A stretch of DNA of 64,000 bases from the human T2T-CHM13v2.0 reference genome, Homo sapiens (GCF_009914755.1 NC_060927.1); one strand, 5' to 3'. Numbered from the stretch's first letter, positions 1 to 13,835 are shown. A program made the numbers and translations. The notes: generated from the sequence alone by a model not told the origin.

Positions 1-215
1 TTGGCTTGAAAATATACATTTGTATATTTGTGCATATTTGTATGAAGTGTCTATGTCTATTCGATGAGAAATTATGAAAGTTTACACAGCAACTTCTCAG
101 TAATGCCCTTTGGGAGAGCAATTAAAGATAACAAGTAAAGAAATTTGGCTTTTTTATTATATACTTGTGTATTAATTGAACTTTCCAATGAGCAATTATA
201 GTTTTTGTTACCTAT
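1..215 (+). mobile_element. Old L1M (L1ME-like) 3' end fragment
   Basis: Resembles L1ME 3' UTR motifs (gaaagtttacacagcaacttctcagtaatgccctttgggag ... tttccaatgagcaattatagtttttgt); highly diverged. Confidence 0.4.
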
Positions 216-557
216 TTTCAAAAATTTGCTTTAACAATTGTATATGATCCCATCAAAAACAGCCATAAACTATTCAAAATACAAGAACATAAATACAACA
301 AAATGAATTTTTATTATTTCAATATATTTTATCTTATCTTTTATCTAGTTAACATAAACTATATGGAAAAAAAAAACTTCTCTATACAGAGCACTAAAGC
401 AATAGTGAGTAACCCAGCAGGAACTTCTCCATATTCAAGAGACTAAGAGTAAAAGCAGTGCAGGTAATTGCCAAGGTCTACTGACAAATACTAAGTCAGG
501 GTATATACAGGAACTGTTTTCCTCATTGTAAACAGCCCAAAATAGGGTGTGTGTGCT

Positions 558-715
558 AAAAAAAAAAGACAATGAAGATGAAGGAAAAGGAGAAAGGAGG
601 AGGAGGAGAAAGAGAAGGAAAAAAGAAGAGGAAGAAGAAGGAGGAGAAGGACAAGAGAAAAAGAAAAAGACAGAAGAGGGAGAAGAGGAAAAATATTAGG
701 ACTGAAGAAAAAAAT
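558..715. repeat. Purine-rich (GA/GAA) low-complexity tract
   Basis: Seen directly; explains ORFs 556..786 and 572..763. Confidence 0.85.
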
Positions 716-1777
716 ATAATCAGATTATTATTAATCTCAAATGTAACGATTATTTCTGAATAAAAAGATAAATCTAACATTTTCATTAGTCAATGCCTCT
801 ACTATTCAATTACTGAAAAAAATAACTAAGTATGTTCTTGATATAATTAAAGATTTCATCAACCACGAGCAAACTTCTAAAAAATGTGGAACTTTTATAA
901 TAAAATAACATATTAAAGTAGAGCTTCAATATATTCAGTAATTTTAATTTTTTTAAAGAAAATCTTCCAAGTACCAAAGCAATCTACTTTGCTTTGCCTG
1001 TTCTCGTTATCTGTCAATGTTTTGCCTGAATTAAACAAATCATGAATAAAATTAGTAAAACCTCAAATACAAAAGATACATAATAAAGAGCTAAAGAGTT
1101 AGTCTATAAATACCATAGTTTGTATGTTCATTGAAGGTAGTAAATATGACTCATCTTCTCGTTAAATTGACCATAGAGGATTGTGAAAAAATTAATACTT
1201 GATGTGTTATTCATAAAATAAATAAATGTTTATATTTTGAAAGTAAATAAAGAGCAACTTTTTTTGTTTTAATCAGTATAGATTGGAAATAAAATGTAAA
1301 TGACAAGTGATATTTATAATCAAAACCCTAATATCTAGATATTGTCTTTTTGAACAAGGTTGTGGGAGGTGAATGCAGAGCTAGAGGACACCTAAAAATA
1401 AAAGACAGAGATGTAATACGTTTTCCTTAATAAATAAATACTGTGACAGAATAGGGTGAGCTTCTGCTTTGATATGTTAACTTTTTTCCATTTAAATTTC
1501 AGTTCTGTTAAATCATGCAGGGAACAAAGATAAAGTTGGGATTTAATTTAGGGGTAGGTTGGAGAGGAAGAAGCAAAGACAGGAAAACACCAGTAGAAAA
1601 CGCTACAGAAACTTAAACAGTAAGAGAGCTAAATTAAAGTGATTAAAATTATTAACTTCCAATGCAACCTGATGATGTAAAATCTGTTGTTTCAAGATTG
1701 AAACTATAAATCTAAAACTCCTGAAGCAATGGTTAGTTAAAATAAAAAAAAAATGAATAGTTTCTACCACACAATAA

Positions 1778-2081
<304 letters not shown>

Positions 2082-2437
2082 TAAAATTACTTTCTAAATA
2101 GGTAACTGAGCTATAGAAGAAAAACCAAGGTTTAATTCTAAATAAGGGACAATTAAATGAAAATTACAATGCAAGTCTAGTTACAAAATTCTTTCTTACT
2201 ATATTTCAATTGAGTAATATAATTGATTTTTAAATAACATGGTTTTAAAAATTTGTTTCTTAGAAGAAAAAGAGAAGAAGAAAAACAAGGAGGAACAAAA
2301 ATAAATAATGAAGAAGCAGCCATTGCTCAGCTATTTTTCTATTGGCTTCAAATGAAAAGAGAACTGCTTTGACATGACCATTACAAGGTACCAACAACAT
2401 CCGGCAGCAATTATCTTGTATTACAGTCCTAACATAC

Positions 2438-2520
2438 CTGGATAGACTAGCCAATCTTTATGCCATTTTAGTGTTTCGTTTTTAATAAAAATGTCCATAA
2501 ATGTGTATGCATTTGCATGT
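2438..2520 (-). other. Candidate 83-bp internal exon (unverified)
   Basis: Minus strand: ttctgtttcctatctatataag|ACATGC...TATCCAG|gtatgt; one open frame HANAYTFMDIFIKNETLKWHKDWLVYP; no protein recognised. Confidence 0.15.
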
Positions 2521-2919
2521 CTTATATAGATAGGAAACAGAATATTTGATTACTTTATCAAGAGCTTGTTCAGAAGGTTTGTACAATGAAGATAATAGAT
2601 GTTCTATACAAAAGAAAATACAATGAAGAGCAGAAATATTACAAAATGTGCAATAGTAAAATGGATAAAGTAATTAGATAATAAAATCCTAGTTTGAAAT
2701 ATAGTCTAAGTTCTAAAGTTGTTTTTTTCATTTTTTAATACATATTAGTCTTTTATGGAAGACAATCTTCTTAATCATCTAAAATTATCACAGGATTTTG
2801 ATAGTTCTTATATATCATCATTCTTTATCAATTATGTCCTTCATAGTATTCTCAAAAGTATAAATAATTTAGGGACATAAAGAAATGTCCACCTCATAAT
2901 GACTCCTATTAGATCCACA

Positions 2920-3520
2920 TATACTCATTCATCCCCCAACTACTTATTTATTACTTATATATTGAGCACCTACTGTTACTCAGGCACTATTTATTAAAGT
3001 TCTAGGCATAAAATGGTGAACAAGATAAGGATAATCTTTGATTCCGCATATTTTCTGTACGCTCAGGAAACAGACAATGAACAAGCAGGCTAATGAAAAA
3101 AATAGTTTCAGATTGTCTTAAGCACTATGTGGGAAATAACCAAGGTGCTGTGCTAGAAGCAAGCTGTTGGAGGGAGTGGGAAGTAATTTTCAAAATCTTT
3201 CAACAAGAAGCCTAAGAAATTCCTCACTGGGAGATGACTTTTCAGCCTAGACCTAAAGGATGAGAAGAAACTGGATGTGAAAAAAAGTCAAAAAAATAGA
3301 TGAGAAAAAAGATCCTGAAGGGTGAAGCAGCTTCCTTGATTTAATGTGTATTTTTAGGGTGCAATGAACTGGGGGAGAGGGGTTGAGGTGAGTTTGGAAG
3401 ATGGAGGAGGAGGGGAGGCCAGACCCTTCAAGTTGTGGTAGAAAGTTTGTATTTTATTCTACGTGAAAAGGAAATGCTTTTGAAGAGTTTTAAGCAACTT
3501 ATTGACATAGACCAATTTAG
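2920..3520 (-). mobile_element. L2 fragment (3' end)
   Basis: tactcattc...attgagcacctactgttactcaggcact...aaatggtgaacaaga matches the reverse complement of the L2 3' end. Confidence 0.7.
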
Positions 3521-4336
3521 GTCTACAGAAAAGTTAAGTATTGTAATGAGAAAAATATTTGTGGAATAGTAAACCAATATATTATTTGCCCTAATTAAAC
3601 ACTACTTTTTAGAAGCCTGAGCTTGCTCTATCAAGAACCTAGCCCATCTGACTCAAATTGTAGATATTTAACATTACCCAAAGTGCAGAGAAGGCACATA
3701 AAATAATAATTGAAGAGGAGTTTTGGGTAGACAGAGAGGAAAGGTAATGAAAAATGTTTATGGTCCAGTGAGGTCTGGGAAGAAAGTCACCAAAGTGGAG
3801 AAAAAAGCAAGGAGTAAAACATAGAGAGCACAGCTTTCACCTGCTCTTCTGAAATCCCAGAGTCAGAGGTGTGGAGCTAATTGAAGGGAAAGGTTTTTGC
3901 CCACCTCTGTTTTGATCTCTGAAAAGATAGCTTCATTGTGTGGTGTTTGCGTCAACATAGGTCAGCCATGGCACAGAAAAATAAAATGACGATATGGCAT
4001 TTTTAAGCAGAGAGAGAATGTTGAGAGAAGGTTCAGAGCTGCCCTTGTGAACGGGGACAAGGACGGGACTCTGAAGTGCCCACATGTCCCCTGGAAGAGA
4101 TGGAAGAGAGCTGAGCCCAGAGCTGGGAAGCATTCCTGGGATCACCCTGACAAGAGACAAGGCAGTCACAGTGCTGAAGCCACAGCATGAACAGCCTTGT
4201 TGGGCATCTAATGGAGGGTGATTTAGAAAATAAAAGCAGAGCACAACCAACTCCTGAACTATCCAATAGAACAAGTCAAAAATGTTTGCTGCAGCTCAGA
4301 ACATAGCATAAGAATCTCAGGAATGAACCAGATGTC

Positions 4337-4635
4337 GGCCGGGCACAGTGGCTCACACCTGTAATCCTAGCACTTTGGGAGGCTGAGGCGGGTAGATCAC
4401 TTGAGGTCAGGAGTTCAAGAGGAGCCTGACCAACGTGGTGAAACCCGGTCTCCACTAAAAATACAAAAACTAGCCGGGTGCGGTGGCGCACGCCTGTAAT
4501 CCCAGCTACTGAGGCAAAGGAATCACTTGAACCCAGAAGGTGGAGGTTGCAGTGAGCCAATATCATGCCACTGCACTCCAGCGTGGGTGACAGAGTGAGA
4601 CTCTCTCTCCAAAAATAAGTAAATAAATAAATAAA
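4337..4635 (+). mobile_element. Alu (AluSx/Sz-like), small deletion in right arm, (TAAA)n tail
   Basis: ggccgggcacagtggctcac...gatcacttgaggtcaggagttc...; right arm lacks about 9 nt after cagctact. Confidence 0.95.
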
Positions 4636-5129
4636 CTGGACCTCCTACAGCAAAGATTGGGAGGATCCAGGGGCCCAAAGGACACCCCAGGAGTCCCCCA
4701 TCTCTTCTCCACTTCTGCAAGGGCAAGTGGTCCCCTTGTGTCCCCTCCCCACATTCTCATTTGCCACTTTGGGACTTACAAGTGGCAATCTGTAAAACAA
4801 ATCCGTTTCCTGAAAAAAAAAAAAAATTAAACCAGAGTGTAAAATACTATTAATTAACCAGTTAAAATCTCCACTATAAATTCCTTCTCTGTTTGTCAGG
4901 GTCAGGGCTTATGAGGAAGATTAGACTTGTAAGAGACAACCAAGAACCTTCAATTACTTGTACATCCGAGTTGTTCTAAATGTAAATTTGTAGCACTAGC
5001 ACGACACTTAGACTTAATTTAATTCCATCTATTGCAGTTCATTGACTGTTCATATGTAATTAGTACACATTTAAAAATACATGCTTAAGATATGGGTACC
5101 GCTATTAATGAAGTGATCTGAAATGAAAA

Positions 5130-5295
5130 GTATTCCGAACCAGAGTAAGAAATCATATGTTCTGTGGCTGATGCTGTCACTGCTGCCAACTGGCCCTATA
5201 ACCTAGGGCAAGTCATTTAATTTCTCTGGGCATTAATTTTCTCTGGAAAATGAGGAGACTGGACTAAATCATTGTTAAGGTCAATTTTGATTTCT
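5130..5295 (+). mobile_element. MIR fragment
   Basis: MIR core: aacctagggcaagtcatttaatttctctgggcattaattttctctggaaaatgaggagactggacta. Confidence 0.7.
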
Positions 5296-5419
5296 GATGT
5301 CTGTCATGTGAGTGCTAAAATAAGGCCTGCTGAGATGATGGTGGTTAGATTTGCATTAATCAAGAAACAATGATAATAAGTGTAGAACCACTTAGTGAGT
5401 CCAGGCCATTTGCCTGGCA

Positions 5420-5555
5420 CAAAGTAAGTCATTTTATGTAGGTTATTTCTAATCATCTAAACAAACCCATGAGGAAATGGAAGTTCAGAGAAGCTGTAAT
5501 TTGCTCCATGCTACACAGGTGGTAAGTGGTATAGCCAGGCTTCTAACTCATGTTT
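5420..5555 (-). mobile_element. MIR fragment
   Basis: atgaggaaatggaagttcagagaagctgtaatttgctccatgctacacaggtggtaagtgg. Confidence 0.6.
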
Positions 5556-6164
5556 TCGCTAAAGTTTCTAAATTATATACAATAGTACTTATTATCCATC
5601 TTTTTACATTGTTTGATTTCAAGATACCAGCTTGCAGGCATTATTAAAATCCTATATATCCTTCAAGCTCCTCATTCTCTATGAAGTTATTTTTATAGCG
5701 TTGAGGCAAAGTAAATTATATCCTGAGCTCATGAAGAACTCTGATCATTCATTTAGCACTTTTTTCAAAGCTAACACATTTTTCTAATCTCTTCTAACTA
5801 TCTCCTGTGTACTCCCAACAAAACTATAAATGCTCTGAAGGAATGCCAAGAAATGCTTAGGGGGGATGTAGCATCAACAGCGGTGGAACTCAAGTGAAGA
5901 GAGTAAGGTGCCTACAGTCCAAACTTCAAGGGGTATCACAGTCAGGATCACACCACTGTGTAGGGTCACCTCAGCGCATTCCTGGTTCTGTACAGCCCAT
6001 AGCAGCTGGTGGAAAGCTAGTTCACTGGGATGATCTGAAGTTCAACAACTTTAGTTCTCAGCTATGATGCCTACTGATTTGGCTGCCAGTGAAATCCAAC
6101 ATAGTGCCTGAAAAATCAACCTGGTGAAAACAAAACTGAAGTTCAGAAGGCAGAGTAGAGGTAA

Positions 6165-6500
<336 letters not shown>

Positions 6501-6649
6501 TGGTAGCATATTTTTATAGTATAATGGGTCACCAAAGAGCTGAAACAAGAAATGAGAAGATACATTTTTTTTCAGTTATTCCCTGGAGCTAAAAGACCCA
6601 GTGATACAATGTTGTAAATGGAAAGATTTTGGAAGCAACTCCTGTAGAT

Positions 6650-7049
6650 TGACCTATGTGTGTTAATGCCATAACAAAAAATCATAGACTGGGTGACTTA
6701 AAAAACAGAAATTTATTTTCTCATAGTTCTGAAGGCTGGAAGTCCAAGTCAAGGTGTCTTCAAGTTTGATTTCTTCTGAGACCTCTGTCCTTGGCTTTCA
6801 GATGGCGGCCCACTCTGTGTGTTTACATGGTCTTTTCTCTGTGCTCATGCACCCCTGGTGTCCCTTTGAGGGTCAGAATGTCCTCTTCATATAAGGACAC
6901 CAGTCAGAGTGGATTAAGGCCCAATTTAATTGTTTATTTTAATCACCTTTTTAAAGGCCTTATCTACAAATATAGTCATATTCTGAGGTAATGACATTAG
7001 GGCTTTAATATGAATGAGTGGGGGCCTTGGGAATTCAGTCCATAATACC
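6650..7049 (-). mobile_element. MaLR solo LTR (MLT1A-like)
   Basis: ccataacaaaaaatcatagactgggtgacttaaaaaacagaaatttatt...ggctggaagtccaag...aaggacaccagtca...attcagtccataata. Confidence 0.85.
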
Positions 7050-9870
7050 ATGAATCTAGAGAATTATAAGCTGTCACATAGACAGATATACTCATGGTGG
7101 CTAGCAGAATGCCATGCATGTTAATAAATAAGTATTATTTATTTATTCATGTTTTAAGATTCAACTCTGACAATATCTAGGTAAACAATAAATTTTTGTT
7201 GAATCAATATGATTGATTCAATGAATAAATTTGTTTACTATCTTGAGTGGTCACCATCACACTATGTGAATAACACAACTTAAGGGTTAGAGACTTAGCT
7301 GAGATACAAGTTAATATATTACTCCCATCTTTCTTATTTAAAAGTTAGTATTTTAATTAAACAATTGAACTTAAGCAATGTTACAAGTTAAGCAGATAAA
7401 TCTTATTTAGCAAGATCTTTCTTTAGTAAATATCTAGAATTGAATATTTTTCTCGCTTTTTCTTCTTTATTAGCTTTAATCAGACCTAATTCATATACTT
7501 AAAAATGGAGGACTGAATATTTACTACAATTAAATCCTATACTGATACTAAATCACTTTTGGACTGACCCTCTGGTTTCAGATTATCATAAAGTAAAACA
7601 TATTTTATTTAGTTCAGCTGCTGAAAAGGTTCTGCATTATGAGTACTTATTTTAAGTATTTACTGAAAGCATTAGGATAATAATGGATAGTCTTCAATTT
7701 CTATTTATTCATTGTATTTTTAGCATTACACATCCTCTCATCAGCCAAAATATCTGGGCCTTTCCCCTTTGCTCCTTGGCTCTAAGATCCCCTGATTCCC
7801 TTTTTTAATATGGCAATAAAAGGAAAAAAGAAAACTAATTTTGTAGATTTTCTTCTTTTACAGATTACAACTTTTTTGTCTAGATTGTTTAATTAGATGG
7901 TATTTTCCCACTTGGCTTTAAAAATAAAATAGCCCATCACTCATCAATTACTATGAACAAAAATCATTGTTTAAACATGAAATTTAAATTGAATAGTTTA
8001 CCCTTAGCTACAGGCCAGCAACAGGTGAGGTCACAGTGTAAACGAAGGTCCTCAAATATATGCTTTTGGAAAAGTATGTATTCTTATTTATTAAATTTAT
8101 CTTTGCATTGTCTTTTTACTTGAAATATTCGAGCCGCATTGTAAATTATGAGATTAAATAAGTATATTTTTATATCAAATAGAATTTCTTACCGAGTTTT
8201 TATAAGATTAATTTATAGTAGCACTTAGCAAATAGAGCTTGTGTCAAGTTTAAAAGACCACAAAAGACATAAACTTGAGTAGAAATAATCTAATCACTAA
8301 TTTTACAGGTGAAAAATTAAAGGCCAGATAGTAAAGGTAAAATCGTAAACAGAGGAATTATCTTGAAGTGGCTTTCATTTTTAGGTTCAGAAATTATTTG
8401 AGAAATGTGTTTTGGACAGAATCTTTGAGAAACAAGTAGGTGTGATCGCAGGTAATCATGCATAAACCAAAAGCATCAATAATTAATTCAATAGAAGTGA
8501 GAATTGAGGGACTAGTAGCAGGTTTTGCAGCAAATGTGAGTTTGAGGTTTGTGTGTTAGAAGATGGGGAGTCAGTTGAGAACTGATATACAGAAAGTTCA
8601 ATGTGACAATTACATAGTTTGAGACAATGCTGGTTGACAAAATGGACTAATAATAGAAGAGTGGACCTAAAAACACCTGTAGGAAAAGGACATTCTTTGA
8701 TCCATTTGTAAACTAACTTGGTTTTAGAGAAAGACTACAGTAATGCACATGAAGAGAAGAAAGTGAGTCCACACAATGTAGTAAAGAAAAATACAACAGG
8801 ATTGTGTCATATATTCATATATATGTTACAAGTTCTAATAACAATTTCTTGACACTAAAATTAATCATGTTGAATTTTGTTAAAGAAAAATAAATTATTA
8901 TAAAGAATGTAGGAAAAAGGCCATCAAAAAGGACAAAGATGGTTAAAAATTGAAAACATCCCAAATTTGGTAATATTATTTGTGTGGCATAAATGAACTA
9001 AGTCAAGTCCCCTTTCATAATAATGCCTTGGGAAATACTTCACAGAAGTGGTTTAAAATTAATAAAAGGTGATGGTCTTAAAAAAAAGAAAAAACCTAGT
9101 ATGTGTTTAATTAGACTATGTAAAAAGACTTTCACCTTTTGTACTTTCAGTAGCTAGCCAGTCTCACAGACAGTCTTATGTTTTAGACCTCAGAGCTGGT
9201 CTACATGACAGCACATATTTGCAGTGATGAAGGCTAGGGGGGAAAATCTCTTGGCTTTCACATATCCTTTGTACCAGAGTCATTTGCCAACATAGAAAGT
9301 CCATTTTTTTATTCCCAGTGGCGTTTACGGTAAAGGAGAAGCTTATTGTTTCATAGTATGCGTTTGCATGTTGTTTGGATGCTAAGCATTCCACCTCAGA
9401 GAACCTTGAGATGGTGGGAAAGCTCAGAATCTAGTCACTTGAAGTAGGAAAACAACTCTGATGCAGTGCCCCTCTTCTTTGCGTTTTCCTCAACTGATCA
9501 GACACCTACGGTGTTTTCAACTCCAGAAATGTGAACACCAAAGCAAAGCTAAAACATCAGCAGGGCTAAGGATATGCCTAGTCTTAGTCTGTTCTTGTGC
9601 ATACAATCATTGACTGTATAACGCTTTCTAAAAAAGGAATATATCACAATTAAAGGCTGAGAAACTTCGTGGAAAAAAGAACTATCGTAATTGTGGTTAG
9701 GGAAATGACTTCTTTGCATTTTCTAAGTAACTGGTCCCAGGTCATGAGATTTTACGGCTTACCTAAGTAAAAATATTCTGCATTTGTTACCTTGTCCTTT
9801 TTATTTTTTAGTAGAAATATTAATTTGTAGGAATTAGTGTCAAAATTCCAAGAATTATTTGATAATACAC

Positions 9871-10337
9871 TGTAGTTGGTTGAATTACATTTCCTAAAAA
9901 ACCTGTGTTGAAATTATAAACCTGGATACATGTGACTTTAACCTTATTTGGAAATAGAAACTTTTAAGATATAATCAAGTCAAGGTAACGGCATACTAGA
10001 TTAGGTTAGGCCCCAAATTCAATGACTTGTTATCTTTATCGAGAAAGAGAGATTTGGAGACACAGAGACACACAGAGGGAAGACAGCCATGTGAAAACAG
10101 AGGCAGATGCTGGAGTGATATAGCCACAAGCTGATGAATGCCAAGGATTACTGGAAACCACCAGAAGCTAGGAAGGGCATGGAAGATTTCACCTCTAGAA
10201 ACTTCAGAAGGAGCATAACCCTGGCAACACCTTGATTTCAGACTTTTAGTTTCCAGATGATGAAAAAATTTATTTCTGCTTTTTAAAGCCATCCAAAATG
10301 TGATGATTGTTTATAGTAGCCCTAGTAACCTAATACA
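9871..10337 (+). mobile_element. MaLR solo LTR (MLT1C-like)
   Basis: TG...CA termini (tgtagttggttgaat...ctaataca); ccttatttggaaatag, gccaaggattactggaaaccaccagaagctaggaag, caccttgatttcagac. Confidence 0.85.
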
Positions 10338-10670
10338 CTCTCGGAACTATAATTCTCCCCTGATTATAAATTGTGTACCCATTGTTATCTTTTTAAAAAT
10401 GTTCTCATTGCTAATAAAAATATATAATTTCAACTTTTGTGTATAGAAGGTGTTGATATGTCTTTTAAAACTTCTAGTAATCTTAAGGATTTCTGTATAG
10501 AATATGGAAATTTAAAGAAAAAAAATTTAGTCTTCTTAATGAAATCAATGTTGATTGGGTGAAGACAAACATCTTCATTCTCCCCTTCAGTCTGGCCTCT
10601 TGGCCTCTTCCTGTAAGCATCCAAGAGTAAATCATATAGCTTGTTACCGTACAGTGAATTTCAGAGGGAG

Positions 10671-10702
<32 letters not shown>

Positions 10703-10757
10703 GGTGATGACGATGATGGTGATGATGATGATGATGATGGTGATGATGACGGTGATG

Positions 10758-10789
<32 letters not shown>

Positions 10790-10795
10790 GGTGAT
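10671..10795. repeat. Interrupted (ATG)n trinucleotide microsatellite, about 41 units
   Basis: ATG runs interrupted by GTG and ACG units; seen directly. Confidence 0.95.
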
Positions 10796-11531
10796 TACTA
10801 GAAACAGGAAAATTCATATCTTAAATTTTTTGTTTGATTGTAATTTGTTAACATTTACTGGTATGTATCATGTATATTATACATCCACACACACAAACCC
10901 CTTTGAATAAACAGTATTATGTTTCCCTTTACCTTTGTCTTAGCTTGAGTTCCCCAGCACACAAGCCTGAAATAAAAGAGTATGTGTGGAGTACTTTAAA
11001 GGAGTATATGAGACACAAGAGAAGCAATACATGGAAGGAAGAAGATTTACTATAACATTTTATCAATTAGACCAGTTTGATAGGAAGTTTGGGCAATTCT
11101 AGAGTTAATAATTTATGATAAGGAAGCTCCTCTACATCTTCAACAATCTCAATTAATAACCTTCAACCTTTCTGCCTGAAATAACCTAAGCTCTCCATAA
11201 TGGTCACTACTTCTCTTGCAGCCCACCCAAGCAGAGGCCACTTAATCTCTCACAATCCGTATGTTATAAGGCCTGAGTGAGGTCAGGATTCTTGTTCCTT
11301 CCTTTCTAATATCATATTCAAGCACACTCTCCTCAATTTATGGACCCTTCCCTTTGACTTTCACCATCTTCCTGTCCATTCCAATTCCTGCCAATGATTA
11401 CAGTGAATTCAACATTCACACAAAGGGCTCACCAAACACTACCAGTTCCTGAACTTTCTAGTTTCCAAAGACCTTCCCCTTAACTTGAAACTTGAGTTCA
11501 GCTATTTTCTTTCACTGTTTTCTCTTAACCA

Positions 11532-11695
11532 TTTTGTTTCTTGTGATAGGGTCTCACTGTGTTGCCCAGGCTGGAGTGCAGTGGCATGATCATAGCTCAC
11601 TGCAACCCTGAACTTCTGGGCTCAAATGAGGCTCCCACCTCAGCCTTTCAAGTGGCTGGAACTACAGGTGCATGCTACCATGCCAAGCTTAATAT

Positions 11696-11738
<43 letters not shown>

Positions 11739-11946
11739 TTGTAGAGATTAGGTCTTGCTATGTTGCCCAGGCTAGTCTCAAACTCCTATCCTCAAGCAAT
11801 CCTTCTGCCTTGGCCTCCCAAAGTGCTGGGATTACAGGGTCTTGCTATGTTGCCCAGGCAAGTCTCAAACTCCTAGCCACAAGCAATCCTCCTGCCTTGG
11901 CCTTCCTAAGTGATGGGATTACAGGAATAAGCCAATATGACTGGGG
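11532..11946 (-). mobile_element. AluJ with (TATT)12 linker microsatellite and internal 87-bp tandem duplication
   Basis: AluJ diagnostics (gatcatagctcactgc, ctgggctcaa, gtcttgctatgttgcccagg); TSD ctcttaacc(a/t)tttt near 11522 and 11947. Confidence 0.9.
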
Positions 11947-12067
11947 CTCTTAACCTTTTATTTTACCAATATTTAAACAACCTTGCCTCTATACCTCACT
12001 TGTGGAAGCCTAAATGTGGATGACCTCATTCATCCCCTGTCCAAGCTGTTTCCTAGAAAGCTGACTG

Positions 12068-12416
12068 TCATGTTTGAGCTGCATTATGAACAGGCCCATG
12101 TGGCAATAAACTAGAGGCAGCCTTTAACTAATAGCCAGTTAGGAACTGAGGCTCTTAGCCCAACAGCCATGAAGAACTAAATCCTGCCAACAGCCATGTG
12201 AGCAAGCTTGGAAGCAGCTCTTTCCCTACATGAGTTTTAAAATGACTGAAATCCTGGCTAACACCTTGATTGCAATCTTGTGAGAAGCCCTGAGCCAGAC
12301 ATACCCAGATAAATGTGCCCAGATTCCTGACCCACAGGAACTGTGAAGTAACAAATGGTGTTTTTTAAGCCACTAAGTTTTGGTGTAATTTGTTACTCAG
12401 TGATAGATAACAAACA
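12068..12416 (+). mobile_element. MaLR LTR (MLT1F-like), 3' portion
   Basis: ggcccatgtggcaa...gaactaaatcctgccaacagccatgtgag...agattcctgacccacaggaactgtg...ttttaagccactaagttttggtgtaatttgttac. Confidence 0.8.
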
Positions 12417-13254
12417 AAGTATCTCTGCCCCCTCAGCAAAGTCATCTGTCCCTCTGGCAACTGGAGTGTATGCTAGAAACTAATGTTTTGTGATTAAGAA
12501 ATTGGTAACTTGGAAGCAATGGTAGACCCTCTAAGAAAGTCGTCATAATAAAGACAGAAAGTAGCTGAAGGGAAGTCATGTATACCCCATGACACACCCT
12601 GTAAATGCATCTAAATTTCTACCTTCCCCATAAAGTATTTGTTGTTGTCATTGCCTACTTAAAAGTCAGCTCTTAAGGACTTGGTGGTCTAGTCAAATAG
12701 TACTTTATGAGTAGAATTGCTCTAATGCATTATTTGAGCTCTTTCTGAGTTATCTGAGCAATTTGGTAATACTTACTTCTTCCTATACTCATCCTTCCCC
12801 TGCTCAGTTTAATTTAATAACATATTCATCTCATTATCCTGCTCCCACCAATAGGATGTATCATATCTCAAATACTTCTTTGCCACATTTTGGTTTTCTG
12901 CTATTGCTTACATGTACTATGATAATGATACTAACAAAGGACAGTGGAAGGGCATAACTTTATGCAGGAGCAGATCACTATTATTATCCTTTGTTTCTCC
13001 ATGCCCAGAGTTCACTGTTTCCATTTAGACAATGTAAATGTTTTGATTTCTCTCTTCTAACTTTTTCCTAGGATTGGCTTGCACTGTATTTTAAGGGCTT
13101 ATATTTGGAATCTCTCTTTAAAATATTATAGTTCAACCAATTTATATATCAGTCTATTGATCTCATAGCATAATTACAGCATAGCATACGTATGGCACTA
13201 GTTCAATCAGTGACATCCATAAAACATTGATATAGTATAGGTATTAATAGCATG

Positions 13255-13412
13255 AATGAGTTACTCTGTCTCTCAGTGTCTCAGTTTACTGCTATGTCAA
13301 ATGGGGTTGATAATCATTTACTTCATACAGAGATTGAGAGGATTAAATGAGTTAAATACTTAAATCACTTAGAACAGTGACTAGCACATAGAAAGGCATT
13401 AAGTGTTTGCTG
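13255..13412 (+). mobile_element. MIR fragment
   Basis: tctcagtttactgctatgtcaaatggggttgataat...aggattaaatgagttaaatacttaaatcacttagaacagtgactagcacatag. Confidence 0.8.
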
Positions 13413-13469
13413 CATGTACCAAATATAAACTTTCCACAAATAGGATTATTAAATTTTATAAACAATTTC

Positions 13470-13640
13470 TATATTTCTAAATACATTATCTCACCTGATT
13501 ATGACAAAAAACCACTGAGTAAGAAATGGCAAAGGTTATTGTATTCATTTTACAGATAAAGACACACAGGTTAAAAAATAAATAAATACCAACATCAAAA
13601 CTCCTCAGTGTCAGGGCCAACATATGAATCTAGATTTTCT
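13470..13640 (-). mobile_element. MIR fragment
   Basis: acattatctcacctgatt...attcattttacagataaagacac. Confidence 0.5.
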
Positions 13641-13792
13641 TCTGGAAACTTTTCTGAAGCTTCTTCTGCCTGCTTTAGAGAGGTCAAGAGGTGCCAACAT
13701 ATGATCTTATTCATGAGGACTCAATGAGTCGTGATTTTCCTACCCTCCACCAGCACATAGCCAGCTCAGTCTTTCCACTGGGGAACATGGTG

Positions 13793-13794
<2 letters not shown>

Positions 13795-13834
<40 letters not shown>
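13795..13834. repeat. (GT)20 microsatellite
   Basis: Seen directly. Confidence 0.98.

Positions 13835-13835
<1 letters not shown>

Noticed and set aside
10641-10910. Poly-methionine ORF (89 aa)
   Set aside because: It is the translation of the (ATG)n microsatellite; no promoter or splice context and no coding character in the flanks
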